DNA from: Bdellovibrionales bacterium
Lineage (GTDB): Bacteria > Bdellovibrionota > Bdellovibrionia > Bdellovibrionales > UBA840
Direction of reading: 5' to 3'
Length of the DNA stretch: 27,846 bases
Assembly: GCA_037969075.1 (NCBI GenBank)
Contig: JBBKWS010000188.1
Location: 1-27,846 of the forward strand
The position numbers and the translations under genes are program-made. The notes below the pieces were generated by a model. It was not told the DNA's origin, made no database searches, and saw only the letters and a list, made by a program, of their open reading frames with translations. Below are positions 1 through 8,357 of the stretch, in pieces. How positions within the stretch are numbered: the stretch's first letter is position 1; every line of letters begins with the position of its first letter.

Positions 1-686
1 ACTGGACTTCCTGAATTTCCATTGGCAGAAATATTCCAGCTAGTACAATTCCATTCTGCATCGCGCGCCGTACAGCCCGCCACAACCATTTCTACAAAGG
101 CTATGTCTAACTTGCCGTCATTGTCATAATCTACCAAATTACCTACTAATGACGCACTATAAGTGTGTCTATGAAAACTTTTTCTTTCATATTGAGGCAC
201 GCCATTTAACACGCCTCGGTTATATATAATAAATGAATCTATATTCTTACCGCTGTTAAATTCTATAATATCTAGCTTTCCATCATTATCCATATCCGCT
301 ACCGCTAAACTTACAGTCGCTACATTGTCATTATGATTGATAATATTGCCATCTTGATCGTACGAGGGACTCTGTCCAAGCGCATGACATTGAGTCTGCA
401 TTCGATTGTCTCTTACTGCCATGCAGACCTCAGTAATGATATTGGAGCCCGATTTATAGCTGAACACCATGTCATCAATGCCGTCGTTATTCCAATCAAC
501 ACGTTTAATGTCGGTAGTAACTGCTACTTTAGAACTCTCTAGAGATGTCCACTGCATATCTTCAGTTTCTAGTACAAATATAGAGGGCTTTGTACTAAAT
601 CCTACATCATTACCGCAGTTTTGAAATGCAACAGCAAGCATCACCATACAAAAAGACAATATACTGAATCGAATACGGTTTTTCAC
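1..686 (-). CDS. FG-GAP/VCBS-repeat lipoprotein (runs off the window start)
   Basis: Not in the ORF track; translated by hand from GTG 686 with GGAGA RBS at 691-695. Reads MKNRIRFSILSFCMVMLAVAFQNCGND... and stays open to position 1. Three Ca-binding FG-GAP-like motifs (DWNNDGIDD, DMDNDGKLD, DYDNDGKLD). Signal peptide ends in FQN-C. Confidence 0.85.
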   Translation of the reverse strand, partial: MKNRIRFSILSFCMVMLAVAFQNCGNDVGFSTKPSIFVLETEDMQWTSLESSKVAVTTDIKRVDWNNDGIDDMVFSYKSGSNIITEVCMAVRDNRMQTQCHALGQSPSYDQDGNIINHNDNVATVSLAVADMDNDGKLDIIEFNSGKNIDSFIIYNRGVLNGVPQYERKSFHRHTYSASLVGNLVDYDNDGKLDIAFVEMVVAGCTARDAEWNCTSWNISANGNSGSP

Positions 687-730
687 AGAATCTCCAAAGC
701 TCTAATTTTTAATCAAAGAGCACACTTAAT

Positions 731-758
731 GTATCGGATTAAGACAACTCGACCTAAA
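731..758 (-). promoter_or_regulatory. Putative sigma28 (FliA) promoter of the FG-GAP lipoprotein
   Basis: Minus strand reads TTTAG-N15-TCCGATAC, compared with the consensus TAAA-N15-GCCGATAA. It lies ~45 nt upstream of the GTG. Confidence 0.6.
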
Positions 759-794
759 GGTTTAGAGCAAAAATATTCGACTACTTAGAAAGTC

Positions 795-811
795 TGTCTC
801 AATTTGAGACA
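795..811. promoter_or_regulatory. Perfect palindrome, candidate operator or activator site
   Basis: TGTCTCAA-T-TTGAGACA (TGT-N11-ACA form) in a divergent intergenic region. Confidence 0.5.
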
Positions 812-927
812 AACTATGCGAAGTGAAGTTTCACTTTAACAAAACCATGCCCCAGAGAAAGGTCGAGCTTTTTTCTAAATCCTTAAAAACTCTGCATTTT
901 CTGGCTTCTACTCGCTATATTATTTAG

Positions 928-3033
928 GTGGGAGCTAATTTGCAAAGTAATAGAAAACCATTACCATATCCTATTAAAATAAAGATTCAATTCGGCGGCG
1001 AATTGTACCATGAACAGATGTTTCATGAGTACCCTATTACTATTGGTAGAAGTGAGAAAAGTAGTCTTTCACTAAAAGACTTTGATTTCATCTCAAGACA
1101 ACACTGTGTTGTTACGGTTGATGAAGGTAAGGTTTTTTTAGTAGATTTAAATTCTGCAAATGGCTTTCTTCATAACGGCAAACAAGAGCGTCGTTTAGAA
1201 ATCTCATCAGAGACTCAGGTACTAATTGGCGAGCTAACTATAGATTTTTCTCCTGAGTTAGTGACTGATGCTCCACCACCTATTCCGCAGGAAGAGCCTA
1301 AAACAAAAATAATGGCTATCGACGAAATTAGTGACAGAGAAAAAACTGTTATCGATGTGGCCCCAGAAGATCTACCGCCGCCACAAAGTTTGCATTCAAA
1401 TATACCCGACTTACCACTACAAATATCTAAAGATTCCTCTATGCAAGAGGCCTTTATTGATACGGCAAAGACCGATTTAGAAAAAAAGCCCGAAGTTCCT
1501 AAAGTCTCGACACCTTCCATGTCGCCGTTATCCAATCGTCAGGACGTAGTCGTTGACCAAATACTTGTTGCTGCAAACTCTACGACTGAAAGATTTTTTA
1601 AGCCGCATCATTTAGCTAAGGATCTAAAGCCCGCAAATAGAGTCTTAGAAGCTTTCGTTAAATGGGAAGATCAGGTTTATGACCACCAACATTTTTATCC
1701 TGAAACTAAAATTACTCTTGGTGTAAGTGAGCATGCAAACTTAAAACTACCTACTCTTGGCGGAGATTTAGGAATAGCATTTTATGATGGAAACAAATCA
1801 AATTGCCTGATTCCAACAGGCGCGCAAGCAAGTCTATCTAGAAATGAACAAACCATTAGTATTGAAGAACTAATAAAATCAGGGGTAGTTGCAAGAAGAT
1901 CAAAAGGTTATTTGCTTCAACTACAAAATGAAGATGTCTTGACTGTCCACTATAGCCCATCAACAAGTGTTCTTCTTAGATATGCACCCGCCCCTAAGCG
2001 TTTAAGTAAAACACCAATGTTGAATCCAGATGAGGAGATAAAAAAATCCATAACCATCTCTGGATTAGTACACATTTTTATAATTATATTACTTTCATTG
2101 GGTAGTGCTCCACAAGATCTTCCAATTATCGAAAATGTTAAGCCAAGGTATGTAAAATTATTAGTACAGCCGCCTAAGCCCATAGAAAAAAAACCAACTC
2201 CGACTCCAACACCTGCGCCTACTCCGCGCCCGACACCGCCACCTAAACAAAAAGCAACTCCCCCGCCTAAGCGCATTCCACCTACGCCTAAAAAACCTGT
2301 AAGAGTACAGCCTCCGAAAGTTGTGCAAAAGCGTCCCACTGAAAGAATAGCGGTAAACCAAAGCAAGACTTTAAGTAAGGTAAATAAATTTCCAATGACT
2401 GTAGAGAAGCCTGCCCCAAAAATAGAAAGCATGGGTGCTCTTGGCGCACTTGGCTCAATGAAGTTGGCACCTAACCAGGTTCCGCAAGTTGCTGTTAATA
2501 TAAACCCTAATGCTGGTGGCAGACAGGGGACGATGAGTACATCAAATATTGTTGCTGGTCTAAAGAGCGCCGGCGGTAAGCTTTCTTCCGGCGGAGAACC
2601 CGGTGTTAAAACTAGAGGACTTGGGCAAGGCACTGGCACTGGTTACGGCACACAAGGATTACAGGGCGGAGCTGGAACTAGAGCTGTTGGGGGCGCCGTG
2701 ATTGGGGCACCAAAGTTAGCAAGCATAGGAAAGTCTGAAGGATTGACCCGAAAGCAAGTCATGGATGCTTTACAAAAATATGTAGCACAAATTCAACGCT
2801 GTTATGAACGGTCTCTCTTTGACAATCCTGATCTTAAAGGCCGAGCTGAATACCAGTGGGAAATCACATCCAGAGGTTCCGTAAATTGGGTAAAGGTTCT
2901 TAAAACAGATATGTCAGGTGCAGACTCTCTGAATGATTGCGTTAAGAAAGTGTTTATGACCATGAAATTTCCAACAGCGAAAAATGGGCAATCTACCTTG
3001 CCAAACATTGGATTTCCATTCGGAAGACTATAG
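928..3033 (+). CDS. gltG: GltG/PglI-like gliding-motility protein: FHA domain, TM helix, Pro-rich linker, Gly-rich region, AgmX/PglI TonB-like C-terminal domain
   Basis: FHA motifs ITIGRS, ISRQH and DLNSANG. TM segment SGLVHIFIIILLSLG with the TonB-type SxxxH. PTPTPTPAPTPRPTPPP linker. C-terminal IQRCYERSL...C...MKFP...FPF. Directly upstream of a TolQ/ExbD/ExbD triplet. Confidence 0.8.
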   Translation: MGANLQSNRKPLPYPIKIKIQFGGELYHEQMFHEYPITIGRSEKSSLSLKDFDFISRQHCVVTVDEGKVFLVDLNSANGFLHNGKQERRLEISSETQVLIGELTIDFSPELVTDAPPPIPQEEPKTKIMAIDEISDREKTVIDVAPEDLPPPQSLHSNIPDLPLQISKDSSMQEAFIDTAKTDLEKKPEVPKVSTPSMSPLSNRQDVVVDQILVAANSTTERFFKPHHLAKDLKPANRVLEAFVKWEDQVYDHQHFYPETKITLGVSEHANLKLPTLGGDLGIAFYDGNKSNCLIPTGAQASLSRNEQTISIEELIKSGVVARRSKGYLLQLQNEDVLTVHYSPSTSVLLRYAPAPKRLSKTPMLNPDEEIKKSITISGLVHIFIIILLSLGSAPQDLPIIENVKPRYVKLLVQPPKPIEKKPTPTPTPAPTPRPTPPPKQKATPPPKRIPPTPKKPVRVQPPKVVQKRPTERIAVNQSKTLSKVNKFPMTVEKPAPKIESMGALGALGSMKLAPNQVPQVAVNINPNAGGRQGTMSTSNIVAGLKSAGGKLSSGGEPGVKTRGLGQGTGTGYGTQGLQGGAGTRAVGGAVIGAPKLASIGKSEGLTRKQVMDALQKYVAQIQRCYERSLFDNPDLKGRAEYQWEITSRGSVNWVKVLKTDMSGADSLNDCVKKVFMTMKFPTAKNGQSTLPNIGFPFGRL

Positions 3034-3052
3034 TCTAGTTTCCCTTCTCACA

Positions 3053-3080
3053 TAGACATTCACCCAATTCTTTTTATAAT
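3053..3080 (+). promoter_or_regulatory. Putative internal sigma70 promoter for the motor genes
   Basis: TAGACA-N16-TATAAT, followed by an AAGGAG RBS before ATG 3110. Confidence 0.55.
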
Positions 3081-3109
3081 AAGTACATACCCTTAAAAGG
3101 AGTTATTTC

Positions 3110-3751
3110 ATGTGGGAATGGATTAGAGAAACTTACCATGCTGGCGGAGTAGTAATGCACCCGATCCTAATTTGCTCATTGATCGGCATTGCCATTATGG
3201 TTGAGAGAATTAGAGTTTTATCATCAGCAACAAAAGTTAAAAAAGAAGAGTTACTTCAACATATCAATGCTCATGTAATGCAAGGTAACATTGATAAAGC
3301 CATCTCTGTGGCTTCGCAAATTAGAAGTCCATTGACGAACATCGTTTCAGCAGGACTAATCGCTGTAGCGAACAGAAAATCCGATGAAGAAGTGCAGACA
3401 GCAATGGATGCAGTGGCTTTAAAAGAAATTCCTCTGATTGAAAAAAGAACCCCTCTACTTTCTACAATTTCAAATCTTGCTACCTTGCTTGGTTTATTAG
3501 GAACCATGACAGGTATGATCGCAGCCTTTAGAGGTGTTGCTAACGTTGCTCCTTCAGAAAAGGCAGCGCTGTTATCATCGGCCATCGGTGAGGCAATGAT
3601 TGCAACCTCTTTTGGGTTGGTTGTAGCCATTCCAATATTAGCAGCTTATGGTTGGATTAACGGATGGGCCACTGATGTTGTCGATTCAATTCATGAAACA
3701 AGTGTAAAAACTTTAAATTTCATATTATCTAATCGCGATAAATTAAGGTAG
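3110..3751 (+). CDS. aglR: MotA/TolQ/ExbB proton-channel subunit (AglR-like)
   Basis: GGVVMHPIL TM1, ATLLGLLGTMTGMI, AIGEAMIATSFGLVVAIP. Strong RBS. Family call is firm; the Agl assignment comes from context. Confidence 0.85.
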   Translation: MWEWIRETYHAGGVVMHPILICSLIGIAIMVERIRVLSSATKVKKEELLQHINAHVMQGNIDKAISVASQIRSPLTNIVSAGLIAVANRKSDEEVQTAMDAVALKEIPLIEKRTPLLSTISNLATLLGLLGTMTGMIAAFRGVANVAPSEKAALLSSAIGEAMIATSFGLVVAIPILAAYGWINGWATDVVDSIHETSVKTLNFILSNRDKLR

Positions 3752-3753
3752 TC

Positions 3754-4185
3754 ATGTCAGCATCAAGTGATGGAGAAAACTTAAACCTAACACCTTTTAT
3801 CGATCTCTTTTCGGTTTTAGTGTTGTTCTTGATTTCTACAGCTGTTTGGCAGCAACTATCTAGCTTATCAACAAACGTTGATAACTCTACTTCAAGCGAT
3901 AACCCTGTGCCAAAAGAAAAAGAAGTCAGTCTGTCTATCACCCTACTGCCAGACAAAGTGCAGCTGCTTGAATCAGAAAAAGCTACCGATATCCCTAATG
4001 TAGCAGGGCAAGAGCTTAATAAGGAGCGAATCAAATCAAGCATTGAGCAGTGGCGACTAAAATTCCCTGATAAGAAGGATGTAACTTTAAACACGGCAAA
4101 TACAATTTTATACGGAAATATGATTACTGTTTTTGATATAGTTGTTGGCGCTGGATTTCCTAATGTAGGAGTTAATACTCAATAA
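3754..4185 (+). CDS. aglQ: ExbD/TolR family subunit (AglQ-like)
   Basis: NLTPFIDLFSVLVLFLI TM with conserved Asp17. C-terminal ExbD fold (YGNMITVFD...GFPNV). Confidence 0.8.
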   Translation: MSASSDGENLNLTPFIDLFSVLVLFLISTAVWQQLSSLSTNVDNSTSSDNPVPKEKEVSLSITLLPDKVQLLESEKATDIPNVAGQELNKERIKSSIEQWRLKFPDKKDVTLNTANTILYGNMITVFDIVVGAGFPNVGVNTQ

Positions 4186-4778
4186 TGTCTGGAACAAAAG
4201 GAAACTTTTCAAGAATTATTAAAACTCCTGATAACCATATTAGACCTAAATGGGATTTACACGGATTTCGCGAAAGACAGACTCATAAAGGTGGAAAATC
4301 ACAGGTGATGGATTTAAATCTAACACCTTTCATTGATCTCTTCTCAGTGTTAGTTCTTTTTTTGATTATGAATTACTCTGCAACTGGCGAAGTGTTTTTT
4401 ATCTCAAAAAATTTAAAGTTACCAGCATCCGAGCACTCTCACCCACTTGATAGCAAACCGCTAATCACTATTACAAATGAAGCTGTACTTTTTGATGCAC
4501 AAGAAGTTGGTGCCAACACTGTGCATATCGAAGAACAAGATCAGCAAAATATGCCACGCCTTAGACAAGCATTACAGCAAGCTAGAATATTCCAACAAAA
4601 CTTAAGACCAAATCAAGAGTTTAAAGGCGAAGTAAATATTCAAGCAGATGAGAGCATTTCAATTGTCTATATCAAAAGGGTGATGAATACTTTAATCACT
4701 GAAGGTTGGGCTGGTATTAATTTTGCCACAACTCTATACGAAGCTCCAAACGAAGCTGAAACCGAAACTGGTTTATAA
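4185..4778 (+). CDS. aglS: ExbD/TolR family subunit (AglS-like) with basic N-terminal extension
   Basis: NLTPFIDLFSVLVLFLI TM (Asp51), KLPAS, NIQADE...IKRVMNT...GW. TAATG coupling to the previous gene. Confidence 0.8.
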   Translation: MSGTKGNFSRIIKTPDNHIRPKWDLHGFRERQTHKGGKSQVMDLNLTPFIDLFSVLVLFLIMNYSATGEVFFISKNLKLPASEHSHPLDSKPLITITNEAVLFDAQEVGANTVHIEEQDQQNMPRLRQALQQARIFQQNLRPNQEFKGEVNIQADESISIVYIKRVMNTLITEGWAGINFATTLYEAPNEAETETGL

Positions 4779-5084
4779 TTAATTAGATGACATTCTTTTA
4801 GGAGCTGGTGTTGGTAAAGCTTGCACCATAACTTGTCGATAATTCGTTCTAAATTTTACGTAGTTCTCTAATGACACTCTCTCTCTACCTAAAATATTTA
4901 AACGCCCATCATTTAATAGCTCACCTTTAATTGATAGGTCCTCTAGATCTAACTTTTTCTTGCTCTGCGCATCCGCTTTGAAAACAATAAATAGAAGTAA
5001 AAATACTAAAAGAACGAACATCTGCCAGCGGTACTGGTAAACATTATTTTCATGACTATGATTATGATTGTGTCTTGAGCGCAT
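4779..5084 (-). CDS. Small exported protein, GltF/CglF-like
   Basis: AGGA RBS. Hydrophobic stretch ending in an ADA-Q cleavage site. Mature part KKKLDLEDLSIKGEL...LENYVKFRTNYRQVMVQAL resembles the GltF pattern (IDFED..IEG.L....LI..R.NF), recognised by eye. Confidence 0.65.
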   Translation of the reverse strand: MRSRHNHNHSHENNVYQYRWQMFVLLVFLLLFIVFKADAQSKKKLDLEDLSIKGELLNDGRLNILGRERVSLENYVKFRTNYRQVMVQALPTPAPKRMSSN

Positions 5085-5136
5085 TTTTATATCCTATACC
5101 AAAATAATACCTTCGACAATCAGCCTAACGGCTAAT

Positions 5137-6744
5137 TTATTGAGGTACTATATAAGATGTAAAAGGAACCTCGATATCAACTCCTGCACTCGTTCCTCTT
5201 GAATCGTTGATTCTTTGATCTGCCTGCAGGTATTGTAGCGAGTATTTATAAACTCCAGGTCCATCTTTATCACTTTGCGGCGTTTGTATATAATAGATTA
5301 GAACAGCGCTATCCCCTGCAGCGTGACCTAATCCTGGCAAGGTGTCTTCTTCTTTTACTTCTAGAGTATTAAATAGCTCTAACCTAGATTGAGAATACGA
5401 ATAACATGTCTTTCCTTCTTCATATCCCTTAGGATTTATAATGATATCATAAGCAAATGCGCTTGGATCCCAAACTGTAGGGTTTCTATGTTGCCTAAGC
5501 TGGGTGCCCGAGCTATCAGACTCACCATCATAACTTCTCAACACATTTAAATAATCATTAGCAGAGCCTTTATCTTTAAACATAAAGATTTCTATCCCAT
5601 CTAAAAAACCATCCAAATCGGTATCGGGATTTTTAGGGTCTCCGTTATATCTTGGCTTTCCATCAGGAAACACGGTACTAGGTCTTTGGTTTACAATATA
5701 TTGCTCTTCACATTTTGTTAACAGGTCGTGGTCTTCATCTGTTGCATCCGCACATGCAGGCAGACTCTCGCCAAACACAATTCTTCTCCAATGAAAATAG
5801 TCCCCATACCCTCTTAGATCGGTAACTTTGCCTCTTTCATCTGTAAGTGTTGGAAATGAGTTCCTTTTTTGGGGGTTCAAACCATAACGAACTTCATCTT
5901 CATCGCACATACCATCTGAATCCGAGTCAACCCCAACCGTTCCATTTAAACAAGTTGAGGCATTCGTATTATACACCATCAAAGTTGTATTCTTAATTTG
6001 CCAAGGCTCATTGGTGGGTTTTACAATTAAAGCCTCAAAGTCTAGCTCACCTGTAAGATTTAGGTCAGCGTATTTTCCTCCGCCTGCTAGTGCCATTTCT
6101 CTTAGATACTCCTGCGCAGCAGGACCATTCGTTCCATAATAAGCAGAGGATAAAAATATTTTCCCTGGCTTAACATTAATAATAGATTTAACCAAAGCGC
6201 TGGCCTGCTCTACACTAATATAGGGCTCAGGCTGGCCGTCAGAAATAAAAAACACCATATAATAGGCGTCCTCTTCAGGGAATGCCTCGATATCATCACG
6301 GATCGCCAGTTCTGTTTTTGCTAAAGCATCAGAATACGGTGTGCCGCCACTATCGCTTGATCGTAGCTCGGCAATTGCATTCCTAACACTGCCCTCGTCT
6401 TGGGTAAAGTACGGATCAGCTATCATATAATCTGTTATAATTCCGAAGCGGATCATGCCCCACTTAATGTACTCATCATTTAAGTGATCATTATAAAAAT
6501 TTTCAACTCCTGATCCGCGAAGCACTGCTCCCGAATCAGTACCATTATTTGAACCCGATTTATCCATCACAAACATAATTTTAGTAAGTCTATTTTTATT
6601 TTCCGGAGGGCTGATACAAAAATCTCCTTGAGATTTTGCGTTTACCGGCGGAGTACCCGGTTTCATCAAATTTATATCCCCGCAGGCTAAGGTGAACAAA
6701 GGAATGACAATAAAACCTAGTTTCCTGCAAATAGAGACACCCAT
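5137..6744 (-). CDS. VWA (MIDAS) domain lipoprotein with thrombospondin type-3-like Ca-binding repeats (MtsD-like adhesin)
   Basis: Lipobox TLA-C20. Complete MIDAS: DKSGS, GGTPY, FFISDG. Repeats DSDSDGMCDEDE, DEDHDLLTKCEE, DTDLDGFLDGIE. AGGGGG RBS. Confidence 0.8.
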   Translation of the reverse strand: MGVSICRKLGFIVIPLFTLACGDINLMKPGTPPVNAKSQGDFCISPPENKNRLTKIMFVMDKSGSNNGTDSGAVLRGSGVENFYNDHLNDEYIKWGMIRFGIITDYMIADPYFTQDEGSVRNAIAELRSSDSGGTPYSDALAKTELAIRDDIEAFPEEDAYYMVFFISDGQPEPYISVEQASALVKSIINVKPGKIFLSSAYYGTNGPAAQEYLREMALAGGGKYADLNLTGELDFEALIVKPTNEPWQIKNTTLMVYNTNASTCLNGTVGVDSDSDGMCDEDEVRYGLNPQKRNSFPTLTDERGKVTDLRGYGDYFHWRRIVFGESLPACADATDEDHDLLTKCEEQYIVNQRPSTVFPDGKPRYNGDPKNPDTDLDGFLDGIEIFMFKDKGSANDYLNVLRSYDGESDSSGTQLRQHRNPTVWDPSAFAYDIIINPKGYEEGKTCYSYSQSRLELFNTLEVKEEDTLPGLGHAAGDSAVLIYYIQTPQSDKDGPGVYKYSLQYLQADQRINDSRGTSAGVDIEVPFTSYIVPQ

Positions 6745-6766
6745 ATAACCCCCTATATTTACTTAC

Positions 6767-6782
6767 TGCAATATAGGTACCT
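6767..6782 (-). promoter_or_regulatory. Putative sigma54 promoter of the VWA/GltF-like unit
   Basis: Minus strand AGGTACCTATATTGCA fits GG-N10-GC (-24/-12) and sits just upstream of the RBS. Confidence 0.5.
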
Positions 6783-6972
6783 AGACTAAGTCTCTTAAAC
6801 CAATAAGTTATGAGTAAACCTATTTTTTTTGATTAACTTTATTATATGTACAAAGGAATAGCGTTAAATCGCGAATTTCTAAATCTTAATTTAAAAATCA
6901 AACTTAGTAGTGTGTCCATGTAAAATTTAAATAGGATATGCATGCCTCAAAATGAGATTTTCTTCTTTGGAT

Positions 6973-6999
6973 TCAGCTTTACTAGACCTTTACCGATGA
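6973..6999 (+). promoter_or_regulatory. Putative sigma28 (FliA) promoter of the RCC1 lipoprotein
   Basis: TCAG-N15-ACCGATGA, preceded by the degenerate palindrome GCCTCA-AAA-TGAGAT (6944-6958). Confidence 0.5.
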
Positions 7000-7004
7000 A
7001 GTTA

Positions 7005-8333
7005 ATGATGAAGTTATCCGCCAACTTACAGTTTTTATCACTTAGTCTTTTGGCGCTCGTCGTGAGTTTTCAAAACTGTAGTGAAGTTGACTTAGTGGCA
7101 ATCAATCAAAATAGTATAAAAGAAATTGACCCCACCCCAACTTCGCCCCCTAATCCCGAAATAGCTGATGGTATTTTGGATTTCGACATAGGAGATTCAG
7201 GTGGTTGTGCTTTAAAAAATAATAAGGTGTATTGCTGGGGATCAAATGCAACTGGTCTTGTTGGAGATACAGTTGCAAGTGGTTACCCTGCTGTCAGCTC
7301 AGCAACCCCACTACTTATAAATATTCCATCAGATGTAGTGATTACTAGAATCACAGTAGATGTTTACGGCGGTCATGCTTGCGCTGAAACAACAAACTCT
7401 AAGATATATTGTTGGGGTGGTAACGGAAGTGGCGAATTAGGTGACCCAAATTTACCCACGGGCTACAGCCCCGAAGCATTGTCGCTGACTCCTGTGCTGG
7501 TGATTCCACCTATTGGGATTAGTTTAAGTAAAATTTCTGCGGGCGTTAGCCACAGCTGTGCCCTTAGTGCAGATGGATTACCGTATTGTTGGGGAAGAAA
7601 TGGACATGGTCAATTGGGCTTAGGAACCAATACTCTTCAAACCAGCATTCCAACACAGGTTCCCGTTCCAGCGGGCGTAAGCTTTGTAACATTAAGTTCT
7701 GGCTATCAACACACATGCGGATTGATGACCACAGGTTCAATTTATTGTTGGGGCGGGATTAATACCTACGGTGAAATTGGTAATAGCTCTGCGCCTGTGT
7801 ATCGTAATATAGGTGATCCTCAATTTTTTACACCTACCTTAGTTTCAAATCCAAGTGGCGTTGTATTTACCTCAGTAAGCGCAGGTGGTTACAGCACTTG
7901 CGCAATGGCGAGTAGCAGCGTTGCTTATTGTTGGGGACAAAATGGTCACAGTCAATTAGGAAACACGAATGTGCCAGCCGGCTCAGCGCCAGATGGTTGG
8001 GATCATTATTCAAACATTCCCGTCCCTTACTTAGCAGGCCAAGAGCCTTTTATTCAGGTAAGTGCTGGCGCAATGTTAAACTGTGCGGTTACACAAATTG
8101 GAAACGTTCATTGTCGCGGCCAATACGGACCAGCAACCGCTAACTCTAGCTATAATTCCTCTCCTGTGGCAGGAGAAAAAATTATAAAAGCAGAAGCAGC
8201 GGCGAATACAGCATGCGCTCTGACAGATAGTAATGCTCTCTACTGTTGGGGCTCTAATAGACTAGGAGCTCTAGGCTCTGGAAGCGAAACTCCTAGTTTT
8301 TCAAATACGCCACTACCAGTACAAGTACCCTAG
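7005..8333 (+). CDS. RCC1-repeat (7-bladed beta-propeller) lipoprotein
   Basis: Seven YCWG-type repeats (VYCWGSN, IYCWGGN, PYCWGRN, IYCWGGI, AYCWGQN, VHCRGQ, LYCWGSN). Signal peptide ends in FQN-C. The ORF is open from 6942, but 6996/7005/7008 give a normal-length signal peptide, so the start is uncertain. Confidence 0.85.
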   Translation: MMKLSANLQFLSLSLLALVVSFQNCSEVDLVAINQNSIKEIDPTPTSPPNPEIADGILDFDIGDSGGCALKNNKVYCWGSNATGLVGDTVASGYPAVSSATPLLINIPSDVVITRITVDVYGGHACAETTNSKIYCWGGNGSGELGDPNLPTGYSPEALSLTPVLVIPPIGISLSKISAGVSHSCALSADGLPYCWGRNGHGQLGLGTNTLQTSIPTQVPVPAGVSFVTLSSGYQHTCGLMTTGSIYCWGGINTYGEIGNSSAPVYRNIGDPQFFTPTLVSNPSGVVFTSVSAGGYSTCAMASSSVAYCWGQNGHSQLGNTNVPAGSAPDGWDHYSNIPVPYLAGQEPFIQVSAGAMLNCAVTQIGNVHCRGQYGPATANSSYNSSPVAGEKIIKAEAAANTACALTDSNALYCWGSNRLGALGSGSETPSFSNTPLPVQVP

Positions 8334-8357
8334 TCACTAATGACTATACCATATCTA

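Noticed and set aside
333..542. 69-aa plus-strand ORF
   Set aside because: Antisense to the FG-GAP lipoprotein CDS on the minus strand.
821..836. AAGTGAA-GT-TTCACTT as a CRP/FNR site
   Set aside because: Half-site spacing is 4, not 6. It may be another operator but cannot be assigned.
1215..4094. Antisense ORFs 1215-1535, 1950-2639, 2161-2361, 2288-2470, 2802-3008, 3271-3630, 3729-4094
   Set aside because: Shadows of well-supported plus-strand genes, with no motifs of their own.
7230..8250. Recurring TATTGTTGGGG-like words as a CRISPR or DNA repeat array
   Set aside because: These are the YCWG codons of RCC1 protein repeats.
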